Shown here piece after piece: positions 50,478 to 61,300 of a stretch of 64,000 nt of DNA. Below the pieces are notes generated by a model. It searched no databases. It was not told where the DNA came from and saw only the letters and a list, made by a program, of their open reading frames with translations. Source of the DNA: Candidatus Bathyarchaeota archaeon (GTDB taxonomy: Archaea; Thermoproteota; Bathyarchaeia; Bathyarchaeales; Bathycorpusculaceae); the NCBI GenBank assembly GCA_963828195.1, contig CAWHDT010000003.1, positions 64,001-128,000 of the forward strand, read 5' to 3'. The translations under genes were made by a program, and so were the position numbers. How positions within the stretch are numbered: position 1 is the stretch's first letter; each line of letters starts with the position of its first letter.

Positions 50478-52457
50478 TCAATCTGAGGAGTCTATTTCGT
50501 CACTGGCATTTCCTTCAACTTTTACCTTTTTTTGAAAAGCAAGAACAACTACGACAACTGCGATAAAGATTACGGCTGCAACTGCTCCAAAAATTTCTTT
50601 TGCAACTAGACTTTGAGATTGAGTTTGTGTTGATAGATCCAGTGGATTCTGAGAAGGCAACGGCGTTGCTGATGGGTTGGGAGTAGTTGATCCTGATGTT
50701 GAAATGGAAGTTGCTGTGGGCATAGGCGTTGAAGTTGATTCGGGGGTTGGGGTGGCGGTGGGAGAAGGATTTGGTGTCGGTGACAGGCTTGGAGTTGATG
50801 TTGTCGTTGGGGTGGGAGTGGTTGTAGAAATAGTTGTTGGGGTTGGCGTCGCGGTTGGCGCTGGAGTAGAGGTTGGGGTCGGAGTGGCGGTTGGCTGAGG
50901 TGATGGAGACGGTGCTGGAGAGTCCACTGTAACCGAGGCGGCATTAGAGGCAGGAGAGGTAACTGGAGTTGAAGCGCTGTCAGTCACCTTGCAGGTAACC
51001 GTATGTGAGGTTCCCGCGGCAGTGTAAGAATAGCTTGCGCTGTTTGAGCCCACTTCAGAGCCATCCAAGTACCATTGATAATTAATGGTGCCTGAACCGC
51101 CGCCAGCTGTTGCGGTGAAGGTTTGAATCTGACCCGCAGTTAATGTAAGCGGGCCAACAGGAGTTATGCTCACAGTCGGCGAAGCAGCAACAGTAATCGT
51201 TGCAGCAGCGGACTTAACTGAAGTTACACCTAAACTGTCAGTAACCGTCACAGCAATAGAGTAAGGACCCAAAGAAACAAAAGAATAAGCAAGTGTTGAC
51301 GCGGTCTGGCCAGATAGCAAAACCCCATTCACATACCACTGATAACTCATGAAAGTTCCTGAACCACCGCTTGGAGTGGCAGTAAACGTCTCAGTCTGAC
51401 CATCATCCATAGCCAATGAAGTAGGCGACACACTTGCAGTTGGAGCAGAATTCGCTGTAACCGTTGCAGACGCAGTATCAGAACTGGCGTCAGTTACAAC
51501 GACAAATTGGGCACCGGTAGTGGAAGGAGTCACAGTAAAAGTCATATCCGAAGGAAGATTACCAGTCGTGCTTGTAGTGTGTGACCCGCTGAGGCTGACT
51601 GTGGAGCCACCGAAAGTAGCTGAAAGCAATGAGTTAGCGGCAAAGCCACTGCCAGTTACTGTAACTGTAATTGGCGAACCAATATCCCCCTCAAATGGAC
51701 TCAAGAAAATAGAAGTTGGAGTTATTGCGTCTCCGAACATCCACCAACTGCCGGCGGAGTAGCTGTAGCTAACGCTTTGTGTGCCTGCTGCAGTATTGAT
51801 TTGGTATTCTTGACCAGCGTTGATATTGCTTAGTTGAGCTTTGTCGTTGCCGCTTAAGTTTTGATTGTTGGGGTTGCTATTTGAGGTCCCCATTATGATG
51901 CCTACAATCAAATCATTGGAATTAATTGTTTTAACGGATACCGATTCAGAAGATCCGGTTCCCGACGCCTGAACTGGAGTAGCTAGGTTGCTGTCAAAGG
52001 GGCTGTTTGGATTTACGTTTGAGATTGATAAGCCCTCAAGAATCATTTCCCCAGTCGCTCCCATGCTCAATGTAATTGAATATTGAGTGTTGCTTGTCAA
52101 AGAAGCAGTGTTAACGTACCATGCAGTCAAAATGTAATTCGTTCCGCTAACTGTTTGCACCCCCGTTGTTGCCCTCTGGATCCACGTTAATCCGGAAGGA
52201 CCGCTTATAGTTGGGGTTGTTATTGATGAAGTGGATTCTACCGTTCCAAAAACGTAATAAATGCCCGAACTAGGTGCCTTAAGATTCAGGCTTAGACTAG
52301 TCACCGAGTTTGCACTCGTCTGTTGGTGGTCGGCTATGGCGATTGGAGTAGCTGGTGAAGCCTTAACTTGAAAATTCGCCGATGCGCAAATTATCAGCAA
52401 AACAAGAAGTGCTATTGTTATCATAATTTTTGGTTTCTTCAAGTTTTTTCCCACCAT
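50478..52457 (-). CDS. Secreted surface protein with Ig/PKD-like repeats, PT-rich stalk and C-terminal TM
   Basis: Signal peptide, repeated FTAT..GGSG...YQWY modules, PTATPTPT linker. Confidence 0.8.
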   Translation of the reverse strand: MVGKNLKKPKIMITIALLVLLIICASANFQVKASPATPIAIADHQQTSANSVTSLSLNLKAPSSGIYYVFGTVESTSSITTPTISGPSGLTWIQRATTGVQTVSGTNYILTAWYVNTASLTSNTQYSITLSMGATGEMILEGLSISNVNPNSPFDSNLATPVQASGTGSSESVSVKTINSNDLIVGIIMGTSNSNPNNQNLSGNDKAQLSNINAGQEYQINTAAGTQSVSYSYSAGSWWMFGDAITPTSIFLSPFEGDIGSPITVTVTGSGFAANSLLSATFGGSTVSLSGSHTTSTTGNLPSDMTFTVTPSTTGAQFVVVTDASSDTASATVTANSAPTASVSPTSLAMDDGQTETFTATPSGGSGTFMSYQWYVNGVLLSGQTASTLAYSFVSLGPYSIAVTVTDSLGVTSVKSAAATITVAASPTVSITPVGPLTLTAGQIQTFTATAGGGSGTINYQWYLDGSEVGSNSASYSYTAAGTSHTVTCKVTDSASTPVTSPASNAASVTVDSPAPSPSPQPTATPTPTSTPAPTATPTPTTISTTTPTPTTTSTPSLSPTPNPSPTATPTPESTSTPMPTATSISTSGSTTPNPSATPLPSQNPLDLSTQTQSQSLVAKEIFGAVAAVIFIAVVVVVLAFQKKVKVEGNASDEIDSSD

Positions 52458-52835
52458 ATTTGTGCTGAATAAAAATCTGATGCCTCAAATGGCACTACGC
52501 TCAGAACTGAACGTTTCAAAAAACTGGAATTGGTTAATTATCGGTGAAAAGCAGAGTATTCTTAATTTATATAGATTGTTCAGGTCTTTTAAAGTTGTCG
52601 TCTGCTCGGTTTCTCTGTCAAAAACCGTCTGCTACTGATATTTTTCTCTTTTTCTTTTGAGGTTGAACTGTTTGAGTTACCGAAAACAAGCTAAAAGTAG
52701 GTGCGGAAGCCACAAACCCAGAGCATCTAGCGGTGCAAAAAGAGCGAGTGAAAAAATCTTTGAGCCAAGAACGATTAGCCACAGCGAAAGAATGCAAAAC
52801 CTAAATCGCCATAGGTTTTCAGGAGTTACCCACTG

Positions 52836-53021
52836 ATGACAGAAGAAAAGAAACTTGACAATTTAGATGTAACCTTGCAATTCAAAAAAGAAAACGGTGT
52901 TATAGTGACAGTATCGGCTAAATGTGGGTACTGGGAGAACATGCAAAAATTCTTAAGCGATTTCGAGAATACCCTTCTAAAGGGTAACGATGGAAAACCA
53001 CAACATAACAGCGAAACATAA
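52836..53021 (+). CDS. Small hypothetical protein (IS-associated)
   Basis: AGGAG RBS upstream, convergent on the transposase. Confidence 0.45.
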   Translation: MTEEKKLDNLDVTLQFKKENGVIVTVSAKCGYWENMQKFLSDFENTLLKGNDGKPQHNSET

Positions 53022-53202
53022 CATCAACATAGAAGTTAATGCTCCATGTCCGAAATGTGAAAAGGGGCATCTTTTACCTTTTATTCGTGCACGATACAAA
53101 AACGAAACGTCATATAACCCAGAAAAAGAGTTTGACCACTACGAAATATTTTATCGCTGTTCAAACTGCAACTACGCAGTAGAAAGCAATTCGTTCTTTT
53201 AG
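52990..53202 (+). CDS. Small Zn-ribbon protein (IS-associated)
   Basis: CPKC and CSNC motifs. Confidence 0.55.
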   Translation: MENHNITAKHNINIEVNAPCPKCEKGHLLPFIRARYKNETSYNPEKEFDHYEIFYRCSNCNYAVESNSFF

Positions 53203-53371
53203 CGCCATTTTTTCTATTGGTGTTGAATTTGGCAAAGATTGATTTGGGTAGAAGTGAACTTAAGGCTTTCGTAAAAAGCGACAATTTTCTAAAGAAACCA
53301 GAAGAATTTGAGAAACTGTTAAGCGAATACGAAAAAAACCTAATAGAATTAGCTACGTAACTGCTTCTGCG

Positions 53372-54496
53372 TCATTCTTTTTGTGAGAGGCAGTTTTTGT
53401 GTTTGCTTGCGTTCTGAATTAATGTTACCCACTTGTTTTTTCCCTCAATCGTTATTCCGCAAGCCTCGCTTGGAGTTTTGCCGTCTAGTGCCATGTGGGG
53501 TCTAATGTAGTTATGATAAAGTTGGTAGCCCTGCAATATTGCAGTTTCGTTGATTTTTAAGCCTCTCATTGTTTTTTCTCTGTCTCTAATTTCTCCGTTC
53601 ATCCTTTCCATTTTATTGTTGTGGATTGCACCTTTTAGCTGGATTTCTCGTATGTGGTTTGTTCCAGCAAAAACTTGTTGGCTTGCAACTGAATAGCTCG
53701 GCAGTGCATCAGTTATGAGGGTTTTGGGTTGTTTCCCCATCAACCGTTTAGCTTCCGTAAACAGTTTTCTTGCATCATGTTTATTCTTTGTTTCTGCGAC
53801 TTCTTGAGCTATCCAGAACCGTGTCTCATCATCCATCATAGCAAACAAATACTTCATGTTACCGTTAACTTTTACCCATAATTCGTCTGCTCTCCATTTA
53901 TCTGAAACATCGGGTTTGAATTGGTCAGCGTATTCCTTCATGAGTTTAACGTATTTGTTTATCCAGTTATAGACGGTTTGATGTGAAACCTCGACGCCTA
54001 ACAACCGCAAAGACGCCATTGTATTTCTTAACGATTCACCTGAAAAGTATAGTTGCATGGCAGATGTGATTGCTTGAGGATTATGCTTCATGCGTTCAAA
54101 ACCGATGTTGACTGTGAAGTAGTGGTGGCATTCTCGGCAATAGAATTTCTGGATGTTTCCTGTTTTGTTTTTTCGTTTGCCGTCTTTTTTGAGGTTGCTT
54201 GAACCGCAAAACTGGCAGATTCCAACGTTGACTTCTTGGATAACTCGGTTAGCATGAACCTCTTTTCTTAATGAGACTGAGAAGTCAACGGCGTAGATGT
54301 GTTTGCAGATTAGGTGTCGGTGCTGGTTGTCGGGGCAACTGCAAACCCATTCATCGTTGACCTTGCTTACGGTGTACTCTCCATTGTGGGATTGCGATTT
54401 TACGGTGTAGGTGTTTGCGTCTATGCGTCTGACTTGACCGTTTAGTTGGGCGATTGCTTGACCCCGTTCTTCCCGACTTGTTGTTAATGTTGCCAT
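53372..54496 (-). mobile_element. IS6-like DDE transposase with N-terminal SWIM finger and Zn ribbon
   Basis: CSCPD...CKH (SWIM), CQFCG...CRECH, WRADE, ITD, NNKMER, YHNYIRPH...GKTP; TIR-like AACTTGACAGCACC at 55517-55530. Confidence 0.88.
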
Positions 54497-54618
54497 TATA
54501 CTACACTTCTATTTTGTAGTATTAGTGATAACAGTTATAAATACTTTACTACACACGACATAACAACAACAAAAATAATAAATACTACAACAACATAACA
54601 GTTATTGGTGAAATAAAA

Positions 54619-54783
54619 GTGTCATTAGACGATAAAAAACAATTAGTAACTTCTTTACGGATAGACCCTGAAATCTGGAAAGAAGCAAAAGTAGCCGCAA
54701 TCCAAAACGACATGACCCTGACGCAATTGGTTGAGGAGGCAATAGAATGCTGGATAAAGACGAGGCAAGAAAACAAAAAATAG
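54619..54783 (+). CDS. Ribbon-helix-helix protein (54 aa, not in ORF track)
   Basis: VTSLRIDPEIWKEAKVAAIQNDMTLTQLVEEAI; GGTGA RBS; divergent from the transposase. Confidence 0.7.
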   Translation: MSLDDKKQLVTSLRIDPEIWKEAKVAAIQNDMTLTQLVEEAIECWIKTRQENKK

Positions 54784-55259
54784 CCCAAAAACCAATTAAC
54801 GGCATAGACCTGCACTTTGCCTACGAATACACAGACTCCTTAAAAGAGTATTTTGAAAATGTAGATAAAGCTGAGACAAGGGATTTAGCGGTAATCGATA
54901 AAAAAGCTAAAGCCATGTTTTCTGATAAAACAACGCTATCTTACCTTCGCAATCTTGTAATTGAAGCTCATGAAAGTGCAAAAAACAATATGCTAACCAT
55001 TTTGGCTTGTGATTGCATTTATACGAAAATGGAGATTCTATCAAAAGCAGTTGTGGTATTGCTTGATAAAGTCAAGGAACTGCCTGACGCAAAAGATGTA
55101 CGGGAATTAAAGGATTTGCAGCAAAGATTAACCGTTATAGACTCAATCATGCAACAAGTGCAATCCCGAATAACTGCAAATGACAAAAACGCAGAACCAG
55201 AATCCAAAGCAAAAGACGCCACAAAAACGATTATAGGAGACAGTAGTTATGTCCGTTAA
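54747..55259 (+). CDS. Hypothetical helical protein (IS passenger)
   Basis: 170 aa ORF overlapping its neighbours operon-style. Confidence 0.55.
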   Translation: MLDKDEARKQKIAQKPINGIDLHFAYEYTDSLKEYFENVDKAETRDLAVIDKKAKAMFSDKTTLSYLRNLVIEAHESAKNNMLTILACDCIYTKMEILSKAVVVLLDKVKELPDAKDVRELKDLQQRLTVIDSIMQQVQSRITANDKNAEPESKAKDATKTIIGDSSYVR

Positions 55260-55686
55260 TGCAATTGACGAAATTATAGATACATTTACTGAACTTAAGA
55301 GGGTTCATAACCTAAACATAGAGTTGCTAGAGCAACTTGACGTAGCATGCTCTTGGCTCTTAAGTCAAAACTCCTACTTGCCGAATGCTGAAAAATTGTA
55401 TGCCCTGCTTGCTAAAACTAAAGCGGTACTTACTGAGATTCAATCAGACGAACCCCGAACGCTTCAGTACAAAAAGATAACAGACGAAACTTTACATGAC
55501 CCCACAAACAGCCACGAACTTGACAGCACCATTGTTCAACGTTTAAAAAGTTGTTGGAGAGACCTACGATTAAATTCTGTTATGATGAAGTTAGTAAAAT
55601 CAGGTTTCTACGGATGGCAAATTAAACCGCGGCTTGAGCCTTATTTAGCTCCTTTATCAGCACGGGTAAATCCGTCAAAGAAGTAA
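55249..55686 (+). CDS. Hypothetical protein running through the element end
   Basis: GGAG RBS; segment LQYKKITDETLHD...ELDST resembles the end segments at 10525-10576 and 11310-11369. Confidence 0.5.
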   Translation: MSVNAIDEIIDTFTELKRVHNLNIELLEQLDVACSWLLSQNSYLPNAEKLYALLAKTKAVLTEIQSDEPRTLQYKKITDETLHDPTNSHELDSTIVQRLKSCWRDLRLNSVMMKLVKSGFYGWQIKPRLEPYLAPLSARVNPSKK

Positions 55687-56323
55687 CAAGGTAGTTCGCG
55701 CCGTTATTCTTCAGCTGCTCCATTGACGATACACCCGTCGGCATACCCACCGCGACGACCTTCAGTTCTCTCGCACTCTGCATGTCCACTACGCTGTCGC
55801 CGATGATAACCGCGGTCTGCGGGTTTGCACCTAACTCTTTAAGTGCAACTTCAAACTGCTCCGAATCAGGCTTAACGTACTTCACCTTGTCCCTTGCAAC
55901 CACAACATCGAAGCAGTCACATATCTTGAAGCGTTTAAGTATGTAACTTGCCGATTTCTCACTGCTTGTCGTGCACAAACCAATCTTTAGCCCCATCTGC
56001 TTAAGCTCCTTGAGCGTTTCAACGGCGCCTGGCATCAAGCTTGTACCGGCGGCAGCTTCCATCTCATATTTCTCAGCGATGGCCATCACTTGACCGCGGA
56101 TTTCATCAAACGCTAAGGGGAGTTTACCGTGTTTTCCGTTGTTTTTGACAAAAATTTCTGTTTTTGTGAGCATTTCAAAAATGCTTTCATTAACGTTTAG
56201 GAGCGACGCGGGAACGCCTGTCCGCATAAGGTACGTTCTGACTTCCGAGCGAAGAGTCTTGAAGTCCAAGTTAAAATTGGCAAGTGTCCCATCTAAATCA
56301 AAGATTACTGCTTCAATAGGCAA
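55622..56323 (-). CDS. HAD-family hydrolase (phosphoglycolate phosphatase-like)
   Basis: FDLDGTL, KP, IGDS..D. Confidence 0.9.
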   Translation of the reverse strand: MPIEAVIFDLDGTLANFNLDFKTLRSEVRTYLMRTGVPASLLNVNESIFEMLTKTEIFVKNNGKHGKLPLAFDEIRGQVMAIAEKYEMEAAAGTSLMPGAVETLKELKQMGLKIGLCTTSSEKSASYILKRFKICDCFDVVVARDKVKYVKPDSEQFEVALKELGANPQTAVIIGDSVVDMQSARELKVVAVGMPTGVSSMEQLKNNGANYLVTSLTDLPVLIKELNKAQAAV

Positions 56324-56460
56324 AGATTACTGGCTCCTTAGAGGGTGAAACTGGGTTAACACTAACTCTAGCAGACATATACTTTGCGGTAAAATTTTAT
56401 CTCCCAATTTTTCAGAAAATTCATGAAGTTTGGATAATCTGACCCGAAAAAAATAAGCTT

Positions 56461-57861
56461 TCAATTGCTTTTTGCTTTGGGAAGCCGTATAAAGAATTTG
56501 GTGCCCTTCCCCACTTCGCTTTCAAAGGTGACGGTGCCTCCTAACGCGTCAGTCATACGTTTAACAACGGCTAATCCGAAACCTTGACCTTTAGACTTTG
56601 TTGTAAACAGCGGCATGAAAAGCCTGCTTTCCGCTTCTTTGGGAATTCCGCAGCCCGTGTCGTCAACAGATAAGATGATGTCGCCGCCGTTTTGAAAGGC
56701 TCTTATGCATAGTTTCCCCCCTTCAGGCATAGCTTGAACTGCGTTAGTTATCAGATTAACCATAACCCGCTTTATTATATCGGGGTCAGAAGACAATTTT
56801 TTGGCGTCAGGTTCAACTTGGCAACAGGTCACCACGTTTTCTGGAATTTTAGCTTGTGAAAGCAATTCGTGGCAAACATTCTCCAGGTCAATTTCTTTCA
56901 TGTTCGGCTTAATCGGTTTGGCGTAGTCTTGGAGGTCCTGGACTATTTTGTTCACGTAGTCTATCTGGTTCTCTATCATGTCGAGGCTTTCTTTGAGGGA
57001 TTTCTTGGTTACGCTGTCTGAAAGGTCTTTCAACGCCTCCTGCGCCAAAAACACTTCACCAGCAATTGTCTGCAGAGGATTGCGGATATCATGCCCAACC
57101 ATACCTGCAGTAGCTCCAATAGCAGCTAACCGCTCCGCGTTTTTGCGTTCAGTTATATTCACGTTCGACTCGAAAATCTCAAGTATGTTACCGTTCCCGT
57201 CAAATTTAGCCAGCCAATAACTTTGAATTGAAACCTCGCGGCCAGATTTTGTTTCATGGCAGAGCTCGCCTGACCATTTCCCTTGTTTTTTGAGCTGTTC
57301 TTCTATGTTTTGAAATGATGATGAGAATTTTGTTTTAAAGAGCGCTCGACTTTTTTTGCCCAGAGCTTCCTCTTTTGTATAGCCGTAGAGTTTTTCTGCG
57401 CCTAAACTCCAGAAAGTTATCTTATCTTCAAGGTCTTTTATGATGATGGCGTCGGGGCTGAGATCTATAAGGGCAGCTTGCCTTTGAACTGCCTCATCTA
57501 GCTTTTTGCGTTCAACTGCATAGGTGATAGCGCGGGCCAAAAGAGCCCCCTCAAGTTTTCCTTTGTTTAAGTAATCCTGTGCACCTCTGCGAACCGCTTC
57601 GACGGCTTGAGCGTCATCTTTAAACCCAGTCAATACCACAATCGGCACCTGCGGGGCTACGGAATGTATATTCTCAAATGTGGCTAGTCCTTGGCTGTCT
57701 GGCAAGCCGAGGTCCAGCAATACAGCGTTAACGGAGCCTTCTGATAGGCGGCTTTGCCCTTTTGAGAGTCTATCCACATGCTCGATATTTTTCGCTGAGA
57801 ACTTTTCTTCTTTTAGCATCTCCTGAATTAGGCGGGCATCGCCAGGATTATCCTCAATCAA
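56461..57861 (-). CDS. Hybrid REC-PAS histidine kinase
   Basis: EDNPGD...LLDLGLPD, PAS, HDIRNPL, NAVQAM, DTGCGI, GFGL. Confidence 0.9.
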   Translation of the reverse strand: MIEDNPGDARLIQEMLKEEKFSAKNIEHVDRLSKGQSRLSEGSVNAVLLDLGLPDSQGLATFENIHSVAPQVPIVVLTGFKDDAQAVEAVRRGAQDYLNKGKLEGALLARAITYAVERKKLDEAVQRQAALIDLSPDAIIIKDLEDKITFWSLGAEKLYGYTKEEALGKKSRALFKTKFSSSFQNIEEQLKKQGKWSGELCHETKSGREVSIQSYWLAKFDGNGNILEIFESNVNITERKNAERLAAIGATAGMVGHDIRNPLQTIAGEVFLAQEALKDLSDSVTKKSLKESLDMIENQIDYVNKIVQDLQDYAKPIKPNMKEIDLENVCHELLSQAKIPENVVTCCQVEPDAKKLSSDPDIIKRVMVNLITNAVQAMPEGGKLCIRAFQNGGDIILSVDDTGCGIPKEAESRLFMPLFTTKSKGQGFGLAVVKRMTDALGGTVTFESEVGKGTKFFIRLPKAKSN

Positions 57862-57879
57862 GAGAATTTTAATGGGTTT

Positions 57880-58320
57880 TTACTCCTTCGGCGGCAGCTT
57901 AACTATGGTGAACCAAAACTCGTTTAATACATGTATTATTTCTGCGAAACGGTTGAGGTCAACTGGCTTTGTAATGTAGGCGTTGGCATGCAGGTTATAC
58001 GTCTTAATTATGTCTTCGTCAGCCTTAGAGGTCGTCAGCACCACTACTGGAATATGCTTAAGGTTTGGGTCTTGTTTGATTTCAGCAAGTACTTCGCGGC
58101 CGTCTTTTCTTGGCAAGTTGAGGTCAAGCAGTATCATGTCCGGCAGCGGTGCCTGTGAAAATCGGCCTTTTCTATGCAAAAATTCCATTGCCTCCACGCC
58201 GTCTTTAGCGACAAAGATTTCGTTTAGTACTTTTGCGTCTCTTAGTGCTTCTTTGGTTAAGCGGACGTCTCCGGGGTTGTCTTCAACGAGCAAAATGTCT
58301 ACGGGTCTTACTTCATTCAT
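57880..58320 (-). CDS. Single-domain response regulator (Rcp1-like)
   Basis: ILLVEDNPGD, LLDLNLP, LTTS, YITKP, FW; start ATG 58320. Confidence 0.92.
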   Translation of the reverse strand: MNEVRPVDILLVEDNPGDVRLTKEALRDAKVLNEIFVAKDGVEAMEFLHRKGRFSQAPLPDMILLDLNLPRKDGREVLAEIKQDPNLKHIPVVVLTTSKADEDIIKTYNLHANAYITKPVDLNRFAEIIHVLNEFWFTIVKLPPKE

Positions 58321-58324
58321 ATTC

Positions 58325-61300
58325 TCACAACTTCCTTTTACTGAGTGTAAAATAAATAGTTGAACCTTTCCCCGCCTGCGACTCGATCCAGATGCGTCCG
58401 CCATGGCGCTCCACGATTTTTTTGCAGACCGCCAACCCGATTCCGGACCCAGGATATTCTTCTCTGGTGTGCAGTCGCTGGAAAATCTTGAAGAGACGGT
58501 CATAGTACTGCGGGTCAATGCCGATTCCGTTGTCTCTTACCGCAAACTGGTATTCCGTGCCTTTATCCTTGGCTGAAACATGCACACAGGGCGGTTCTTT
58601 GCCGTGGAATTTGATGGCGTTGCCGATTAAATTCTGGAATAGCTGAACAAGTTGCCCTCCGTCCGCGCTGATAACTGGGAGTTTGTCGCGGGTTATGGTG
58701 GCTTTGTTTTCTGCGATTGATGCTTGCAGATTTTTAACAACGATGTCCAATGTTGACTCGAGGTTAGTCGGTTCAAATGGTTTGCCAAGCCTTCCAACCC
58801 GCGAATACGTCAAAAGATCATCGATTAATCCCCTCATCCGGTTGGCGCCATCCACAGCATATCCGATGAATTCGTCCGCTTCAGGATCCAATTTCCCCTG
58901 ATATCTGCGTTGAAGCAGCTGGACATAGCTTGCAACCATGCGAAGAGGCTCCTGCAGGTCATGCGAGGCAACGTAAGCGAACTGTTCCAGCTCAGAGTTG
59001 GATTGCCTGAGTTTTTCCATTGTCTGCCTAAGCTCGTTCTCCATGGCAACACGTTGAGTAATGTCTCTTGCCGCTGCAAAGACTCCCTGGATTCCGCCCT
59101 TTGGATCCCGATAGACTGATGCGTTGTATACGACATCGATTGTTTTTCCAGATTTATCCCTTATCGCTAAGGGATAATCCTTGACGAAGCCTTCTGTGAA
59201 AACCTGTTCGTACCCTGCTTTGGCTTTTTCGGGCTCGGTGAAGTAATCTGAAAAGTCGCTGCCGATAAGTTGTGTGCGTGAGCAGCCTGTGACGTCTTCA
59301 GTTGCTTTGTTTACGTCTGTTATTTTTCCTTCTGCACTAATAGTTACCAGTGGGTCAAGACTTGCTTCTAATAGGCTTCTTGAGTATAGAGATGCGGCTC
59401 TAAGTTCCTCTTCTGCTTTTTTGCGTCGAGTAACGTCAATGTCCATCTCAAGGATTAAGGGTGATCCGTCAACGTCGCTAAACGGAAAATCGTAAGCTTC
59501 AATGATACTGCCATCTGGACCAGTAACTTCCCACTGATGAGGCTTTCCGGTTTCCAATACCTTATAGCTTTCACAGAAGCTGCAGGGCTCTTTCTTTCCA
59601 AAACAATAATCGTAGCAGTGTCTGCCCTCGGACTCTCCGAATTTTTCACGGAAACTGCGGTTGGCAAAGACTACATGATGGTCAGGTGTTAGTAAGCAGA
59701 CCATGGTTGGCAGAGTTTCCAACACGTCAAAGAATCTTTTGCGTTCAGTTTGAGCCGCTGCTTCTGCCTTCTTGCGGGCAGTGACATCTCTCGCTGCGGC
59801 AAAAACTCCCTGGATCGTTCCCTTTTCATTTCGGTAAAGGTTAGCGTTGTACAGGACGTCAGTGACTTTACCTGATGTGTGGCGGATAGCCAGCGGATAA
59901 TCTTTTACGAATCCTTTGACAAAAACTTCTTGGTATCCTGCTTTGGCTTTTTCTGGTTCAGTGAAGTAATCGGAGAAGTCGCTTCCGACGAGTTCTTCTC
60001 TGGAAATGCCCGTTGCTTGTTCAGTAGCTTGGTTCACGTCTGTGATTTTTCCTTCGGCATTGATGGTTACTAGTGGATCTAAGCTCGCTTCAAGAAGGCT
60101 TCTGGCGTATTTTGAAGCGATACTTGCAGCCTCGCTCTTTCTGGCTGCTTCTTCAGCTTTTTTGCGTTGAGTGATGTCTGATCCGTAAATATTGACGTAT
60201 CCTTCGGAAAGAACTGGCGCTACCTTAAACTCGAACCAGCGCCCTCCAGCACTTTCTTCAAAGTCTAACCTACAGTTAGAAGTTAAGGCTTCGGTTACAT
60301 GACTGCGCCATTGCGTTCGGACGATTTGACCAACCTGCACGCTGATTGGCTTTGGAAGCCGCAAACTTTCCGCATTAGCGTACATAACCGTGCCGTCCCT
60401 GAAGATTCTGAGCACAGCAAAAGGATTTTCCGATGGAAACTTTGCGAGATTAAAAAGATCTTTTTCCGCTTTTTTGCGTTCCGTTATGTCGCGGAATATA
60501 AGCACCACACCCGAAATTTCTCCGTCTTTGCGCTTTATGGGTGCGCCGCTGTCGTCGATTGGAACCTCTTTTCCATCCTTTGTTATCAGCACCGTATGGT
60601 TAGCCAACCCAACTGTCACGCCTTCTTTGAGCACGCGCGTTACTGGATTCGCAACCTCGCTACGCGTCTGCTCGTTTACTATATGGAAGATTGTTTTCAA
60701 GGGCTTCTTTGAAGCCTCGGTCAGAGTCCACCCAGTTAACTTTTCTGCCACATTATTCATGAAAGTTATTTTGCCAGCTGTGTCCGTCGCAATAACAGCA
60801 TCCCCGACGCTGCTCAAGGTCGTTTGCCAGCTTTGCTCTCTTTCTAATAAGGCGTTCTGCTCTTTCTTGCGTTCTACAGCATTTTCAACTAGAACCCATT
60901 TTTTTCCCTGTTTAAGCAAAGTGCCTGCATGGTTTCTAACAACGTCCACCACGTCATTTCCGCTTGCGTTCTTGAGGCAATAAGTACATAACGCTAGCAT
61001 CCTATGTTGACCAATGACCGAGTTCACTGCTTCTTCGTAGTTAACAAAACTTTTCCAAAGGCTTCGTTCAACCCAAAATGTGTTGCCGGTAAGCCTAAGT
61101 CCCTCAAAACCATGTTTCAATGCGTCGGTTTCTTTTTTCACCCATCCTTGCAGCACCCGATCCGCATCGAATTTGCCGCCTAAAAGATACCAGTTCTCGT
61201 ATGAAACTATCTCTATCTGACCCTTCCGCAAATAAGCATCCAAGTCGGGAACGGCTTTTCGAAGCGCTTCTTCAGCTTCAGAGGCTTCCAGAGGCGAAGA

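Noticed and set aside
50660-50920. PT/TP-rich tandem repeats as a novel repeat element
   Set aside because: They encode an ordinary stalk of a surface protein; the overlapping ORFs 50606-50944 and 50677-50898 are shadows.
52605-52625. TTCTCTGTCAAAA as the left TIR of the IS6-like element
   Set aside because: It lacks the terminal GG and I see no matching TSD with the flank at 55531, so the boundary is unresolved.
58321-58518. N-terminal extension of the response regulator in the ORF track
   Set aside because: It overlaps the kinase 3' end; the REC domain starts at ATG 58320.
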